Notes: generated by a model from the sequence alone, not told the origin. 46,114 bases of DNA from Candidatus Fervidifonticultor secundus (GCA_031459385.1 JAVKIP010000024.1:1-46114); one strand, 5' to 3'; numbered from the stretch's first letter, positions 1 to 11,214 are shown. Numbers and translations: made by a program.

Positions 1-415
1 GGTCATCTGCGGGGTGAGCGAGGCGATTATGGCCGCCATCCTCACCCTCACCGAAGCCGGCGACGAAGTGGTCATCTTCGAGCCCCGGCACGAGGACTAC
101 GTCCCAGACTGCCTGATAGCCGGCGTGTGCCGGCGCTTCGTGCTCCTCTCTCGGCCCGAGTACCGGAGCGAGCCCGCGGCGCTGCCCCGGGCCATTACGC
201 CGCGGACACGCGTGGTGATCCTTAACGCCGCGCACAAGCCCACCGGACGCGTCTTCACGCGGGGGGAACTGGAGGTCGTGGCCGGGATCTGCCACCGTCA
301 CGGCCGGGTCGGCGGGGGCAGCCGCTACGTCAGCTTCAACTGCGCCAAGAAGGCAGCGACCCTGCGGGAGGCCGCCACCCGCCTGACCTGCCTGGGCGCC
401 GGCAGAGGGCGATGA
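1..415 (+). pseudogene. Class I/II PLP aminotransferase remnant, internally deleted; continues past the window start
   Basis: EAIMAAIL..GDEVVIFEP and degenerate ILNAAHKPTG (canonical NxPxNPTG) are joined directly to a C-terminal-like RYVSFNCAKKAATLREAATRL. The central DE(V)Y segment and PLP-lysine region are absent. Confidence 0.7.
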
Positions 416-1181
416 GGCGGAGCTACGCCAGCGTCACCGAGCTGCCGGGGATGGGCGCGACGCGGGAGCAGCTGAGTATGCTGTACACGCGGTATCGGCT
501 GGCCGTCCGGCACGCCGCGGGCAAGGACGTGCTGGAGGTGGCCTGCGGGCCGGGGATCGGGCTCGGCTACCTAGCCCGGGCGGCGCGGACCGTCGTGGGC
601 AGCGATTTCGATGAGGCGCTGCTCGGGCAGGCCCGCGCCACCTATGGGCCGACGATGCGCCTGGTCCGCCTGGACGCCCACACCCTGCCCTTCGCCGGCC
701 GCACCTTTGACCTGGTCCTGCTGTACGAAGCCCTCTACTACCTCTCCGCCCCCGAGCGGTTTCTGCGCGAGGCCCGTCGGCTGTTGAGGCCTGACGGCAC
801 GCTGCTCATCAGCACGGTGAACCGGCTCTGGAGCGGCTTCAATCCCAGCCCCTACACCTTCCGGTACTTCACGGCCCCGGAACTGCGCGCGTTGCTCCGG
901 GCGGAGGGGTTTGATGTTGCGCTGTATGCCGCGTTCCCGGCGCGTTCCCGCGGGGCCAGGGAGGCGATGCTGGCGACTCTGCGCCGCGCGGCGGTCTCCC
1001 TCCATCTGATCCCGCCCAGCATGAGGGGCAAGACGGTGCTCAAGCGACTGGTCTACGGCCCCCTCGCGAAGCTGCCTGCGGAGGCGCGCGACGGCATGGC
1101 GCCGGAGGCGCCGCTGGTCCGTCTGGAGGAGGAGGACGGGGCGGCCGGGTTCAAGGTCCTGTACGTGGTGGCGCATCCGTC

Positions 1182-1185
<4 letters not shown>
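412..1185 (+). CDS. Class I SAM-dependent methyltransferase
   Basis: Motif I VLEVACGPG, LDAHTLPF..FDLV, LLRPDGTLLI; ATGA overlap with the upstream ORF. Confidence 0.88.
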
Positions 1186-3065
<1,880 letters not shown>

Positions 3066-3565
3066 AATCCGCCATCCATGTGGCCGGCAGGCGAGCTTGG
3101 CAGGGCGCCGAAAAACCGCAGGTCCTTTCCGACCCGTGATACTCGTTCTCTCATGCACGCGGAGCAACTGCTCCCGGGGACACTGGCGGTGTCCCGTGTT
3201 GGTATGGGGCCTGTCGGCCCAGCGAGAGTTCGGGGGCGACCGCACTCGCTCAAACCCCTCATACGACTTATACGGACTCACCTGATTCGCGGAGATTACC
3301 TGGGCAAACCAGGAGGGTCGGTTATCTTTCTCCCGAGAGGCAACTCCCCCAAGGACCATTCCCTGCAGCCCTCCGGAAGATGCTCAATCCGCCCACTGCT
3401 GGCCCAGGCGTGGGGCCTGCTCCTGGAGATCTGCAATTTCATCCGGATCCGAAATCTAGCAATGCGACGGTGAACTACCACCATGAGTAGTAGCACGCGC
3501 CTGGAGATCAATGGGAGGACGTGTGTTGACCACATGAGGTCTGATGCGCGAGGGAGTGCTCGATT

Positions 3566-4711
3566 GTGAGAGTACTCATCACAGGCGGAGCCGGCTTCAT
3601 CGGGTCACACACAGCCGATGCGCTGCTGGCCGAAGGCCATGACGTTCGTGTGCTTGACAGCCTGGCGGAGCCTGTCCATCACGCCGGGTGGCCTGCGTAT
3701 CTCTCGCCGGACCTAGAGGTCGTTGCGGGCGATGTTCGGGAAAAGGCTGCGTGGGAACAGGCCCTGCGCGAGGTCGATGCGGTCGTGCACCTGGCTGCCT
3801 ACCAGGACTACCTTACCGATTTCAGCAGGTTCTTCCACGTCAACAGCGTGGGGACGGCCCTGCTCTACGAGGTCGCCGTCGAGCAGCGGCTGAGCCTGCA
3901 GCGCGTGGTGGTGGCGTCGTCACAGGCCGTGTACGGAGAAGGGCGGTACCAGTGCCGGAATCCGGCGTGCCCTGGGGCCGCGGCAGCGCGGGACTACTAC
4001 CCTGACATTCGCACCGAGGCGCAGCTGTCGGCCGGGCAGTGGGACCATCGATGTCCCGACTGTGATGCCGTGCTGCACCCGGTGCCGACCGACGAACGGC
4101 GCGTCAACCCGCAGAATCAGTATGCCATCTCCAAATACACGCAAGAGCTGATCGCCCTGAACCTGGGGCGACAGTACCATATCCCGACCGTGGTGGCCCG
4201 CTACTCGATCGTCCAGGGGCCGCGCCAGTCGTTCCACAACGCGTACTCGGGGGCGTGCCGGATCTTCAGCCTCAGCTACCTGCTGGGGCGGGCGCCCACG
4301 ATCTACGAGGACGGCCGGCAGCTGCGGGACTTCGTCAACATCGCAGACGTCGTGGCCGCCAACCTGCTGCTGCTGACCCACCCCGACGCGGTCTGGGGCG
4401 TGTTCAACGTGGGCGGGGGCCGGGCCTACAGCATGCTGGAGTTCGCGGAGATCGTGCGCAGGGTCGTGGGATCCGATCTGGCACCGGTAGTGCCCGGAGA
4501 GTACAGGTTTGGCGACACCAGGCATATCGTGTCTGATATCACGCGGCTGCAGGCGCTGGGGTGGAGCCCCCGGCACCCGCCCGAGAAGAGCGTGGCGGAT
4601 TACGTGGCCTGGGTGGGGTCTCAGACGGGGTTCGAGCGGGCGCTGGACGACGCGGAGGAGCGCATGCGCGCGCTAGGCGTGCTGAGACGGGTGCGCGGAG
4701 CGCCGCGGTAA
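3566..4711 (+). CDS. NAD-dependent sugar epimerase/dehydratase (extended SDR)
   Basis: ITGGAGFIGSH, ASSQAVYG, YAISK (YxxxK), RDFVNIADV; GTG start after GGGAG. Confidence 0.9.
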   Translation: MRVLITGGAGFIGSHTADALLAEGHDVRVLDSLAEPVHHAGWPAYLSPDLEVVAGDVREKAAWEQALREVDAVVHLAAYQDYLTDFSRFFHVNSVGTALLYEVAVEQRLSLQRVVVASSQAVYGEGRYQCRNPACPGAAAARDYYPDIRTEAQLSAGQWDHRCPDCDAVLHPVPTDERRVNPQNQYAISKYTQELIALNLGRQYHIPTVVARYSIVQGPRQSFHNAYSGACRIFSLSYLLGRAPTIYEDGRQLRDFVNIADVVAANLLLLTHPDAVWGVFNVGGGRAYSMLEFAEIVRRVVGSDLAPVVPGEYRFGDTRHIVSDITRLQALGWSPRHPPEKSVADYVAWVGSQTGFERALDDAEERMRALGVLRRVRGAPR

Positions 4712-4743
4712 CCGCTCGTGCGGGTGACGGGCCGCGGAGGCAC

Positions 4744-5436
4744 GTGAAGGCGTTCCTGCTGGCCGCAGGGCTGGGCACGCGGTTGCGCCCGCTGACCGCG
4801 ACGGTCCCCAAGTGCCTGGTGCCTGTTCGTGGGGTGCCCCTGCTGCGCATCTGGCTGACGCTCTGCGAGCGCCACGGGATCACGGACGTGCTCGTCAACC
4901 TGCACTACCTGGCAGACCGCGTCAGGGAGTACCTGGCGGGATATAGCCTGGGGGTGAGGGTGCACCTCGTCTACGAGCCCGTGTTGCTGGGCAGCGCCGG
5001 GACCGTGCGCGCCAATCAGGCGTTCGTGCGCGGCGAGCCCTATTTCTTCATCTTCTACGCGGATACCCTGACCAATGCAAACCTTGCGGCGATAGGGGCG
5101 TTGCACGCGTCGCGGGACCGGGTGCTCACCATGGCGCTGGCCCGGCTGCCGAACCCGCAAAGCCGGGGCATCGCCGAGCTCGACGCGAACGGCGTGATCG
5201 TGTCGTTCGTGGAGAAGCCGGCCGCGCCGCGGTCCGATCTGGCCAATGCGGGGATCTACGTGGCCGACCCGCGGATCTTTGCGTACATCCCCGAGCAACC
5301 GGTGGCGGACTTCGCATACGATGTGCTACCGCGGCTGGTGGGGAAGATGAACGGCTACGTGATTACCGACTACCTCCTGGACATCGGGACGCCGGCTGAC
5401 TACGCGCAAGCCGAGCGGGAGTGGGAGGGGTTGTGA
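4744..5436 (+). CDS. Sugar-1-phosphate nucleotidyltransferase (NTP transferase family)
   Basis: KAFLLAAGLGTRLRPLT..PKCL, FVEKP, DIGTP. Start moved to GTG 4744 after GGAGG at 4736-4740. Confidence 0.9.
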   Translation: MKAFLLAAGLGTRLRPLTATVPKCLVPVRGVPLLRIWLTLCERHGITDVLVNLHYLADRVREYLAGYSLGVRVHLVYEPVLLGSAGTVRANQAFVRGEPYFFIFYADTLTNANLAAIGALHASRDRVLTMALARLPNPQSRGIAELDANGVIVSFVEKPAAPRSDLANAGIYVADPRIFAYIPEQPVADFAYDVLPRLVGKMNGYVITDYLLDIGTPADYAQAEREWEGL

Positions 5437-5512
5437 TGGAGGCGGGCATGGGGCAAGGTGGGACGCAGGGGCGGCGAAGGCTCCTCGCCCATGGAACCTT
5501 CCGGCGGTCGGC

Positions 5513-6121
5513 GTGAGGATCTACCTGGTCCGACATGGTCAGACGGCATCCAACCTCGAGGGCCGCTACGCGGGCCGCAGCAAGGAGCCGTTGACACCGA
5601 CGGGTGTCGCGCAAGCCAGGCGGGCCGCCGAGCGGTTGCGGCCGTTCGGCATCGCGTCGCTCTGGACCAGCCCGATCGCCCGGGCGCGCCAGACGGCTGA
5701 GATCATCGGTCAGATGCTCGGCGTTCCGGTTGTGCTCGACGACGGCTTGACGGAGATGGCCATGGGGCCGTGGGAGGGGCTCGTGGAGGAGGAGGTGGCT
5801 GCGCGGTATCCGGCTGACTTCCAGGTGTGGCAGGAGCGCCCGAGCGCGCTGCGCCTGCCGGGCCGCGAGACGCTGGCAGCCGTGCAGGCGCGGGCACTCG
5901 ACGCGGTGCAGCGCATCGGCGAGCGCACCGGCGCGCAGCCGGCTGTCGCGGTCACGCACGTCGCGCTCATCCGGTGTCTGTACCTCTTCGCACGCGGCCT
6001 GCCACTGGACAGCTATAAGACCGTGGACGTACCGAACACCGCGATGTTCCTGCTGCAACAGGCCGGTGACGAGCTTACGATGGTCAGGCTGGACGAAGAG
6101 CCGCACGCACGCGATGCGTAG
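5513..6121 (+). CDS. Histidine phosphatase (phosphoglycerate mutase-like family)
   Basis: LVRHGQT, SPIARARQTA, LTEMAMGPWEG, VTH motifs. Confidence 0.9.
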   Translation: MRIYLVRHGQTASNLEGRYAGRSKEPLTPTGVAQARRAAERLRPFGIASLWTSPIARARQTAEIIGQMLGVPVVLDDGLTEMAMGPWEGLVEEEVAARYPADFQVWQERPSALRLPGRETLAAVQARALDAVQRIGERTGAQPAVAVTHVALIRCLYLFARGLPLDSYKTVDVPNTAMFLLQQAGDELTMVRLDEEPHARDA

Positions 6122-6148
6122 CCCGTCGGCGCCTGGTCGCCGGCCCCC

Positions 6149-6694
6149 TCACGGATTCCTCGGCGCCACCGTCGTCCGCACCTGCCCCCGCGCCCGGCCG
6201 CGCCGCACCTCGACCTCGACCGTGACGCCTCCATCGGCCGGCTGTACGGCAAAGGCGACCACCCCCGTGGCCACCGTGCGCGCGCTGCGCAGCACCGGCC
6301 GGCCCTGCGCGTCCGCGCCGACGATCTGCCGGACGACCTCGCCGCGGTCCTGCCGGTACACGTAGACGACCCACCCGGCGTGCGCATCCGGGCCGGCTAC
6401 CGGCGCAACCGCCAGCACCGCCTCGCCGTCCCCGGCCGAAAGCTGCGGCCGCAGCACGACGCCCGGCGCCTGGCTGGCGTTGCGCACGTCCCGCGCGACC
6501 GCGTCGGCGACGATGGCAGCATAGGCCTGGGCTTCCTGCAGGTCCCGGCCACGGCGCCAGGTGCCCAGGCTGGCCACCAGGAGCGCGCCGACCAGGCCGA
6601 CGACCACGGCGCCGAGCGCGGCCGCGACGACGATCTCGAGCAACGTCAGGCCGCGGGCAGCGCCTGCCGAGGCCCGTGTCCGGAGAGCGCTCAC
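6149..6694 (-). CDS. Prepilin-type protein (minor pilin/pseudopilin)
   Basis: Class III signal RG|LTLLE with Glu at +5, followed by a hydrophobic helix. Confidence 0.8.
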   Translation of the reverse strand: MSALRTRASAGAARGLTLLEIVVAAALGAVVVGLVGALLVASLGTWRRGRDLQEAQAYAAIVADAVARDVRNASQAPGVVLRPQLSAGDGEAVLAVAPVAGPDAHAGWVVYVYRQDRGEVVRQIVGADAQGRPVLRSARTVATGVVAFAVQPADGGVTVEVEVRRGRARGQVRTTVAPRNP

Positions 6695-6712
6695 CGGGCA
6701 GTCATTGGCGGC

Positions 6713-7111
6713 TCACTGGCCGACGAAGTCGCACGCGGCCGAGACGTGGCGCAGCGTCCCGAGGGTGACGGTGCGCGCGCGGCGCGCCTGGGTCCAGGTG
6801 ACGTTTACCGTCAGTTCCCACAGGCGCGGACCGACGCGCTGCACGCTGGTCTGGCGGTGGAACCGCAGCCCGCGCACCTCCACCTCGGCGGGTATTGCGG
6901 CCTGGAACGACGACCCGCAGGGCGCGGCGGACAGCGTCGCCAACGCCTCCTCGGCCAGACCTGTGGCGGTGTTCAGCCCTGAGGCCAGGGCCGCCGCGCG
7001 CAGGGCGACGGCAAAGGCGGAAAAGACCAGCACCGCCGCGACCCCCAGGAGCAGGGTCGCGACGAGGACTTCGAGCAGCGTCATGCCGTGTGCGTCCGGG
7101 CCTGTGCGCAC
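6713..7111 (-). CDS. Prepilin-type protein (minor pilin/pseudopilin)
   Basis: HG|MTLLEVLVA with Glu at +5, hydrophobic helix and two Cys. Start set at GTG 7111, preceded by GGAGG on the minus strand. Confidence 0.8.
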   Translation of the reverse strand: MRTGPDAHGMTLLEVLVATLLLGVAAVLVFSAFAVALRAAALASGLNTATGLAEEALATLSAAPCGSSFQAAIPAEVEVRGLRFHRQTSVQRVGPRLWELTVNVTWTQARRARTVTLGTLRHVSAACDFVGQ

Positions 7112-7166
7112 GCCCGACCCTCCAGCACAGTAGTTGCCCGCTTCGCGAGAAATCCCTGTCGGTGTG

Positions 7167-7195
7167 TTGACCCGGCTGGAGGCCGTCCCTATGAT
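7167..7195 (+). promoter_or_regulatory. Sigma70-type promoter for the 7218 gene
   Basis: TTGACC(7167-72)-17 nt-TATGAT(7190-95). Confidence 0.7.
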
Positions 7196-7217
7196 CACTG
7201 CGGAGAGGAGCGCACCG

Positions 7218-7928
7218 ATGGCTCTGGATCAACGTGTCGAGCGCTTAGAGCGCGCCCTGGTCGACTTGGCGGAAGCGCAGGCCAGGACCGAGCGTGTGCT
7301 GACCGCTCTGGTCGAAGCACAGGCGCGAACCGAAGCCCGCGTCGGCCGACTGGAAGAGCAGATGGAGCGGGTGGAGGCGGCGCTGGCGCGGCTGGCGGAG
7401 GCGCAGGCGCGGACCGAAGAGCGTCTGGATCGGCTGGCGGAGGCGCAGGCGCGGACCGAAGAGCGTCTGGATCGGCTGGCGGAGGCGCAGGCGCGGACCG
7501 AGGCGCGGCTGGCCGAAACTCAGACGGCGCTGCAACTGCTGGTGCAGCAGGTGGGTCGCCTGAGCGATACCATTGGCTTCACGCTGGAGGACCTCGCCCG
7601 CGAAGTGAGTCCAGCGTATCTGGCCCGCCACTACGGCATTGAGGTCGAGGTGTTGGAACGGCGCGTCTTCGTGATCGACGGTGAGGAGGTGGAGATCGAC
7701 TTCTTCGGTGTCGGCACGCAGCGCGGGGAGCCGGTGGCGGTGGTCGGAGAGGCTCGGAGCAGGATCTATGGCCGGGATGTCCGGGAGGCCGTAGATCGGA
7801 TAGCCCGTCTGCAGGATCAGCTGCCGGCCCGCGGCGTCCCCGTGCTCTTTGGATTCGTGGTCCACCCATCGGCGCGGGAGGTCGCGGGGCGATTGGACGC
7901 CATTCTCATTACGTCGTCAGGACGCTGA
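7218..7928 (+). CDS. Heptad-repeat coiled-coil protein with a C-terminal PD-(D/E)XK-like domain (DUF3782-like)
   Basis: ATG 7218 after GAGGAG; (R)LAEAQARTE repeats; C-terminal EEVEIDFFG...VVGEARSRI. Confidence 0.72.
   Translation: MALDQRVERLERALVDLAEAQARTERVLTALVEAQARTEARVGRLEEQMERVEAALARLAEAQARTEERLDRLAEAQARTEERLDRLAEAQARTEARLAETQTALQLLVQQVGRLSDTIGFTLEDLAREVSPAYLARHYGIEVEVLERRVFVIDGEEVEIDFFGVGTQRGEPVAVVGEARSRIYGRDVREAVDRIARLQDQLPARGVPVLFGFVVHPSAREVAGRLDAILITSSGR
7389..7501 (+). repeat. In-frame 42-nt tandem repeat, about 2.7 exact copies
   Basis: CGGCTGGCGGAGGCGCAGGCGCGGACCGAAGAGCGTCTGGAT at 7389-7430 and 7431-7472, partial at 7473-7501; encodes RLAEAQARTEERLD. Confidence 0.95.
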
Positions 7929-7977
7929 CAGAGCTCGATCCGCCGCGAGCACGATGCGCGACCGTCGTAGCACACAC

Positions 7978-8007
7978 TTGACACCCCCTCTGCCATCTCG
8001 ATACACT
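7978..8007 (+). promoter_or_regulatory. Sigma70 promoter of rplM-rpsI
   Basis: TTGACA(7978-83)-18 nt-TACACT(8002-07). Confidence 0.8.
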
Positions 8008-8019
8008 AACGCTCGGTTT

Positions 8020-8087
8020 CGCCGGGTGACCTCGGTGGTCCCCGGCGTTCTTGACGCCTGGTGCGCGGCGCGGCGTGGCATCAGGCG
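8020..8087 (+). promoter_or_regulatory. Two-hairpin 5' leader of rplM (putative L13 leader)
   Basis: Hairpins CGCCGGGtGACC/GGTCCCCGGCG (8020-8047) and CGCCTGGTGC/GCATCAGGCG (8055-8087) lie between the promoter and the RBS. Confidence 0.5.
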
Positions 8088-8114
8088 CAGCGAAGGAGTG
8101 GACGTCCGGATCCC

Positions 8115-8546
8115 ATGAAGACCTACGTCGCGCGGGACGCGGAGATCACGCGCCGGTGGCACCTGCTCGACGCCGACGGGCAGGTGCTGGGGCGCCTGGC
8201 CGCCCGTATCGCGACGCTGCTGCGAGGGAAGCACAAGCCGACGTTCAGCCCGCACCAGGACGGCGGGGACTTCGTCGTGGTGGTGAACGCGGCCAGGGTG
8301 CGCCTCACGGGCCGCAAGCTCCAGCAGAAGCGGCTGTACCGGCACTCCGGCTACCCGGGAGGTCTCAAGGAGATTCCGTACGAGGTGCTCCTGCGCAAGG
8401 CGCCTGAGCGGGTCATCGTCGAGGCGGTCAAGGGCATGCTGCCCAAGACCCGGCTCGCCAGCCGGCTCCTCAAGCACCTGAAGGTGTACCGCGGGCCGCA
8501 ACACCCGCACCAGGCGCAGAAGCCGGCGCCGCTCGCCGGAAGGTAG
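8115..8546 (+). CDS. rplM: 50S ribosomal protein L13
   Basis: MKTY...[15 protein letters not shown]...[23 protein letters not shown]...HSGYPGGLK. Confidence 0.98.
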   Translation: MKTYVARDAEITRRWHLLDADGQVLGRLAARIATLLRGKHKPTFSPHQDGGDFVVVVNAARVRLTGRKLQQKRLYRHSGYPGGLKEIPYEVLLRKAPERVIVEAVKGMLPKTRLASRLLKHLKVYRGPQHPHQAQKPAPLAGR

Positions 8547-8587
8547 GAGCGGGCCGCCGCGCCGCTCGAGGACACGGAGGACGGTTC

Positions 8588-8983
8588 GTGACGACACAGG
8601 TGCTCGCGCTCGCCTCTGGCGCCCGCAAGGAAGCGGTGGCCCGTGTTCGCCTCGTGCCGGGGACGGGGAAGATCGTCGTGAACGGGCGGCCGGTGGAGCA
8701 GTACTTTCCGACGACGCCCCTGCAAGTCATGGTCCGCGAGCCGCTGGCCGTAGCCAACGTCGAGGGACGCCTGGACGTCCACGTGAGCGTCGCCGGCGGC
8801 GGGGTCTCCGGCCAGGCCGGCGCCGTCCGGCACGGCATCGCCCGCGCGCTGCTGCGCATGGACCAGGGGCTGCGCGCGGCCCTGCGCCAGGCCGGGCTCC
8901 TGACCCGCGATCCCCGCATCAAGGAACGCAAGAAGTACGGCCACAAGCGGGCGCGCAAGGCCTTCCAGTACAGCAAGCGCTGA
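8588..8983 (+). CDS. rpsI: 30S ribosomal protein S9
   Basis: [19 protein letters not shown]...[23 protein letters not shown]. Confidence 0.98.
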   Translation: MTTQVLALASGARKEAVARVRLVPGTGKIVVNGRPVEQYFPTTPLQVMVREPLAVANVEGRLDVHVSVAGGGVSGQAGAVRHGIARALLRMDQGLRAALRQAGLLTRDPRIKERKKYGHKRARKAFQYSKR

Positions 8984-9149
8984 CAGGCGCGCGCCGACCG
9001 GCGCGCGTTCGATCCTGCCGACGCTGCGGCGGCGTTCCCCGCCGATGTCCCGCGTTGGCCCCGGCCGGCGGCCGCTCAGGGTGCCCTGGCGGTCTGGAGC
9101 CGTCGGCATCCGGGCAATGTCAGGATGACACCCGTCGCCCGGAGGTCGC

Positions 9150-10178
9150 GTGCGCAGGGTTCTCGCCGCCGCAGCAGTCGGGACAGCCGTCGTCCTGGCC
9201 GGGGTGCTGCCTCGGGCGCAGGCGGCCCAGCGGGTCCACGTGGTGCAGCCTGGCGAGACCGCCTATCGTATCGCGCGCCGCTACGGCATCACCGTCGACG
9301 CGCTGGCGGCAGCCAACAGCCTCGCGGACCCCGCCAGGCTGCGTGTGGGCCAGCGCCTGCACATTCCCGTCCCTGCAGGCGGCGCAGGTGAGCCCGTCGC
9401 GCCTGTTGTCGCACGAGGTGCTTTTGGAGACAGCGCCGCGTCCCCGGCGCCCGCCAGGTTCCTCATCCCCAGGCCGGTCGCGGTCTTCGCGGAACCGCGG
9501 CTCGACAGCGCGATCAGCGCGGTGGTGGACGCGGGGAGCCCGGTGGCCCTCGGGCCGCGACTGGGGCGCTGGATCCAGGTCGCCCCGCCGGGCGCCGAGC
9601 CGGGATGGGCGCTGGCAGGCGACCTCGGGCTGGCACCGGCTCCGGCCGCTCCGGTGCCCGAGCGGGCGCCGCCGGCCGCCGAGACGTCCCGACCGGGCAG
9701 CGCGCTGCCTCCGCCATCGGGAAGCGCGTTGCCTCCCCCACCGGGAAACGTGCTGCCTGCCCAATCGGGAAGCCCCCTGCCCACCCGGCCCGCAGGCCGC
9801 CTGTCCTCCCGCGCAGAGGGCGCCGCGGCAGCGGCCCGCCGTCTGGTCGGCGTGCCCGTCGTCTGGGGCGGCACCTCCGCGCAGGGGGTGGACTGCTCCG
9901 GGCTGGTGTGGCTGGTCTACGCGCCGCTGTGGCCCGGGCTACCGCGCACGTCGTTCGACCTCTTCGAGGTGGGCGTGCGCGTCGACCCGGGGGATCTGCG
10001 GCCCGGCGACCTGGTGTTCTTCACGACCTACGCGCCGGGCGCCTCGCACGTGGGCATCTACGTCGGTGACGGTGCGTTCGTGCACGGCTCGGCGTCCGCC
10101 CGCAGGGTGATCGCGAGCCCCCTGGCCGATCCGTACTACGCCGCACGGTTCCTGGGCGCGCGCCGGCTGTTCCCCTGA
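9150..10178 (+). CDS. Secreted LysM / SH3-like / NlpC-P60 peptidoglycan hydrolase
   Basis: Signal peptide (AQA), LysM HVVQPGET..IARRYG, Pro-rich linker, GVDCSGLV and HVGIYVG catalytic motifs. Confidence 0.9.
   Translation: MRRVLAAAAVGTAVVLAGVLPRAQAAQRVHVVQPGETAYRIARRYGITVDALAAANSLADPARLRVGQRLHIPVPAGGAGEPVAPVVARGAFGDSAASPAPARFLIPRPVAVFAEPRLDSAISAVVDAGSPVALGPRLGRWIQVAPPGAEPGWALAGDLGLAPAPAAPVPERAPPAAETSRPGSALPPPSGSALPPPPGNVLPAQSGSPLPTRPAGRLSSRAEGAAAAARRLVGVPVVWGGTSAQGVDCSGLVWLVYAPLWPGLPRTSFDLFEVGVRVDPGDLRPGDLVFFTTYAPGASHVGIYVGDGAFVHGSASARRVIASPLADPYYAARFLGARRLFP
9696..9791 (+). repeat. Degenerate 24-nt (8-aa) tandem repeat x4 in the Pro-rich linker
   Basis: GSALPPPS GSALPPPP GNVLPAQS GSPLPTRP. 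Confidence 0.75.
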
Positions 10179-10213
10179 CGCGAGACGGGGCACACCGCCG
10201 GCGGCGCCGCAGG

Positions 10214-10242
10214 CTGCACTCCACGGGCCCGTATAGTATCAT
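10214..10242 (+). promoter_or_regulatory. Putative sigma70 promoter for the argF-cdaA operon
   Basis: CTGCAC-17 nt-TATCAT(10237-42) in a short AT-rich patch. Confidence 0.45.
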
Positions 10243-10277
10243 GCTGGCATGACGCCGACGCCCCCGCGTGTGCGGCC

Positions 10278-11207
10278 ATGACCCTGCGCGGCCGCGACTA
10301 CCTCTCGGTCGACGATCTCAGCCCCGACGAACTGCGCGCGGTGCTGCACTTCGGTGCCGATCTCAAGGCCCGCCACCGGGCCGGCGAGCGGCCGCCCCTG
10401 CTCGCCGGCAAGACGCTCGCCATGGTCTTCGAGAAGCCGTCGCTGCGCACGCGGGTCAGCTTCGAGACCGGGATGTTCCAGCTGGGCGGGATGGCCATCT
10501 ACCTGGGGCCGCAGGAGATCCAGCTGGGCGTGCGGGAGTCGGTCACCGATGCGGCCCGCAACCTCGAGCGCTTCGCCGACGCCATCATGGCCCGGACCTT
10601 TGCGCACGCGACCGTCGTGGAGCTGGCGGAGGGCGCGCGCTGCCCCGTGATCAACGGGCTCTCCGACCACGAGCACCCCTGCCAGGCGCTGGGTGACCTG
10701 CTGACGATCGGCGAGCGCTTCCCGCGGTGGGAGGATGTCCGCCTGGCCTGGGTCGGGGACGGCAACAACGTCTGCCACTCGCTGCTGCTGGGCGCCGCCA
10801 AGCTCGGGATGACCATGCGCGTGGCCAGCCCGCGGGGGTACACACCGGCAGAAGGGGTCGTCGACCGGGCTCGCGCGATCGCGGCGATGACCGGGGCCAC
10901 GATCGCGCTCGTGGCCGATCCCGGCGAGGCGGTCGCAGGCGCCGACGTCGTCTACACCGATGTGTGGACCAGCATGGGCCAGGAAGCCGAGCGCGAGGAG
11001 CGCGCCCGCGTCTTCCGGCCCTATCAGGTCAACGCGACGCTGCTGCGCGGGGCCAAGCCCACGGCGGTGGTGATGCACTGCCTGCCGGCCCACCGCGGCG
11101 AGGAGATCACCGACGACGTGCTCGACGGCCCGCAGTCTGTCGTCTACGATCAGGCTGAGAACCGCCTGCACGCGCAGAAGGCGTTGCTGGCCATGCTCAT
11201 GGCGTGA
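10278..11207 (+). CDS. argF: Ornithine carbamoyltransferase
   Basis: [43 protein letters not shown]. Confidence 0.95.
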   Translation: MTLRGRDYLSVDDLSPDELRAVLHFGADLKARHRAGERPPLLAGKTLAMVFEKPSLRTRVSFETGMFQLGGMAIYLGPQEIQLGVRESVTDAARNLERFADAIMARTFAHATVVELAEGARCPVINGLSDHEHPCQALGDLLTIGERFPRWEDVRLAWVGDGNNVCHSLLLGAAKLGMTMRVASPRGYTPAEGVVDRARAIAAMTGATIALVADPGEAVAGADVVYTDVWTSMGQEAEREERARVFRPYQVNATLLRGAKPTAVVMHCLPAHRGEEITDDVLDGPQSVVYDQAENRLHAQKALLAMLMA

Positions 11208-11214
11208 GCCGCCC

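Noticed and set aside
3299..3330. c-di-GMP-I riboswitch (GGGCAAACC)
   Set aside because: The motif closes as a local hairpin, and the GNRA-receptor second stem is absent.
7389..7501. CRISPR array
   Set aside because: The repeats are contiguous, have no spacers, are in frame within a CDS, and no cas genes are present.
8984..9149. Possible c-di-AMP (ydaO) riboswitch upstream of the NlpC/P60 gene
   Set aside because: The context is suggestive, but the conserved ydaO sequence blocks are not recognisable.
10225..10246. ARG box upstream of argF
   Set aside because: Half-site spacing does not fit the ArgR palindrome; it is better read as a -10 region.
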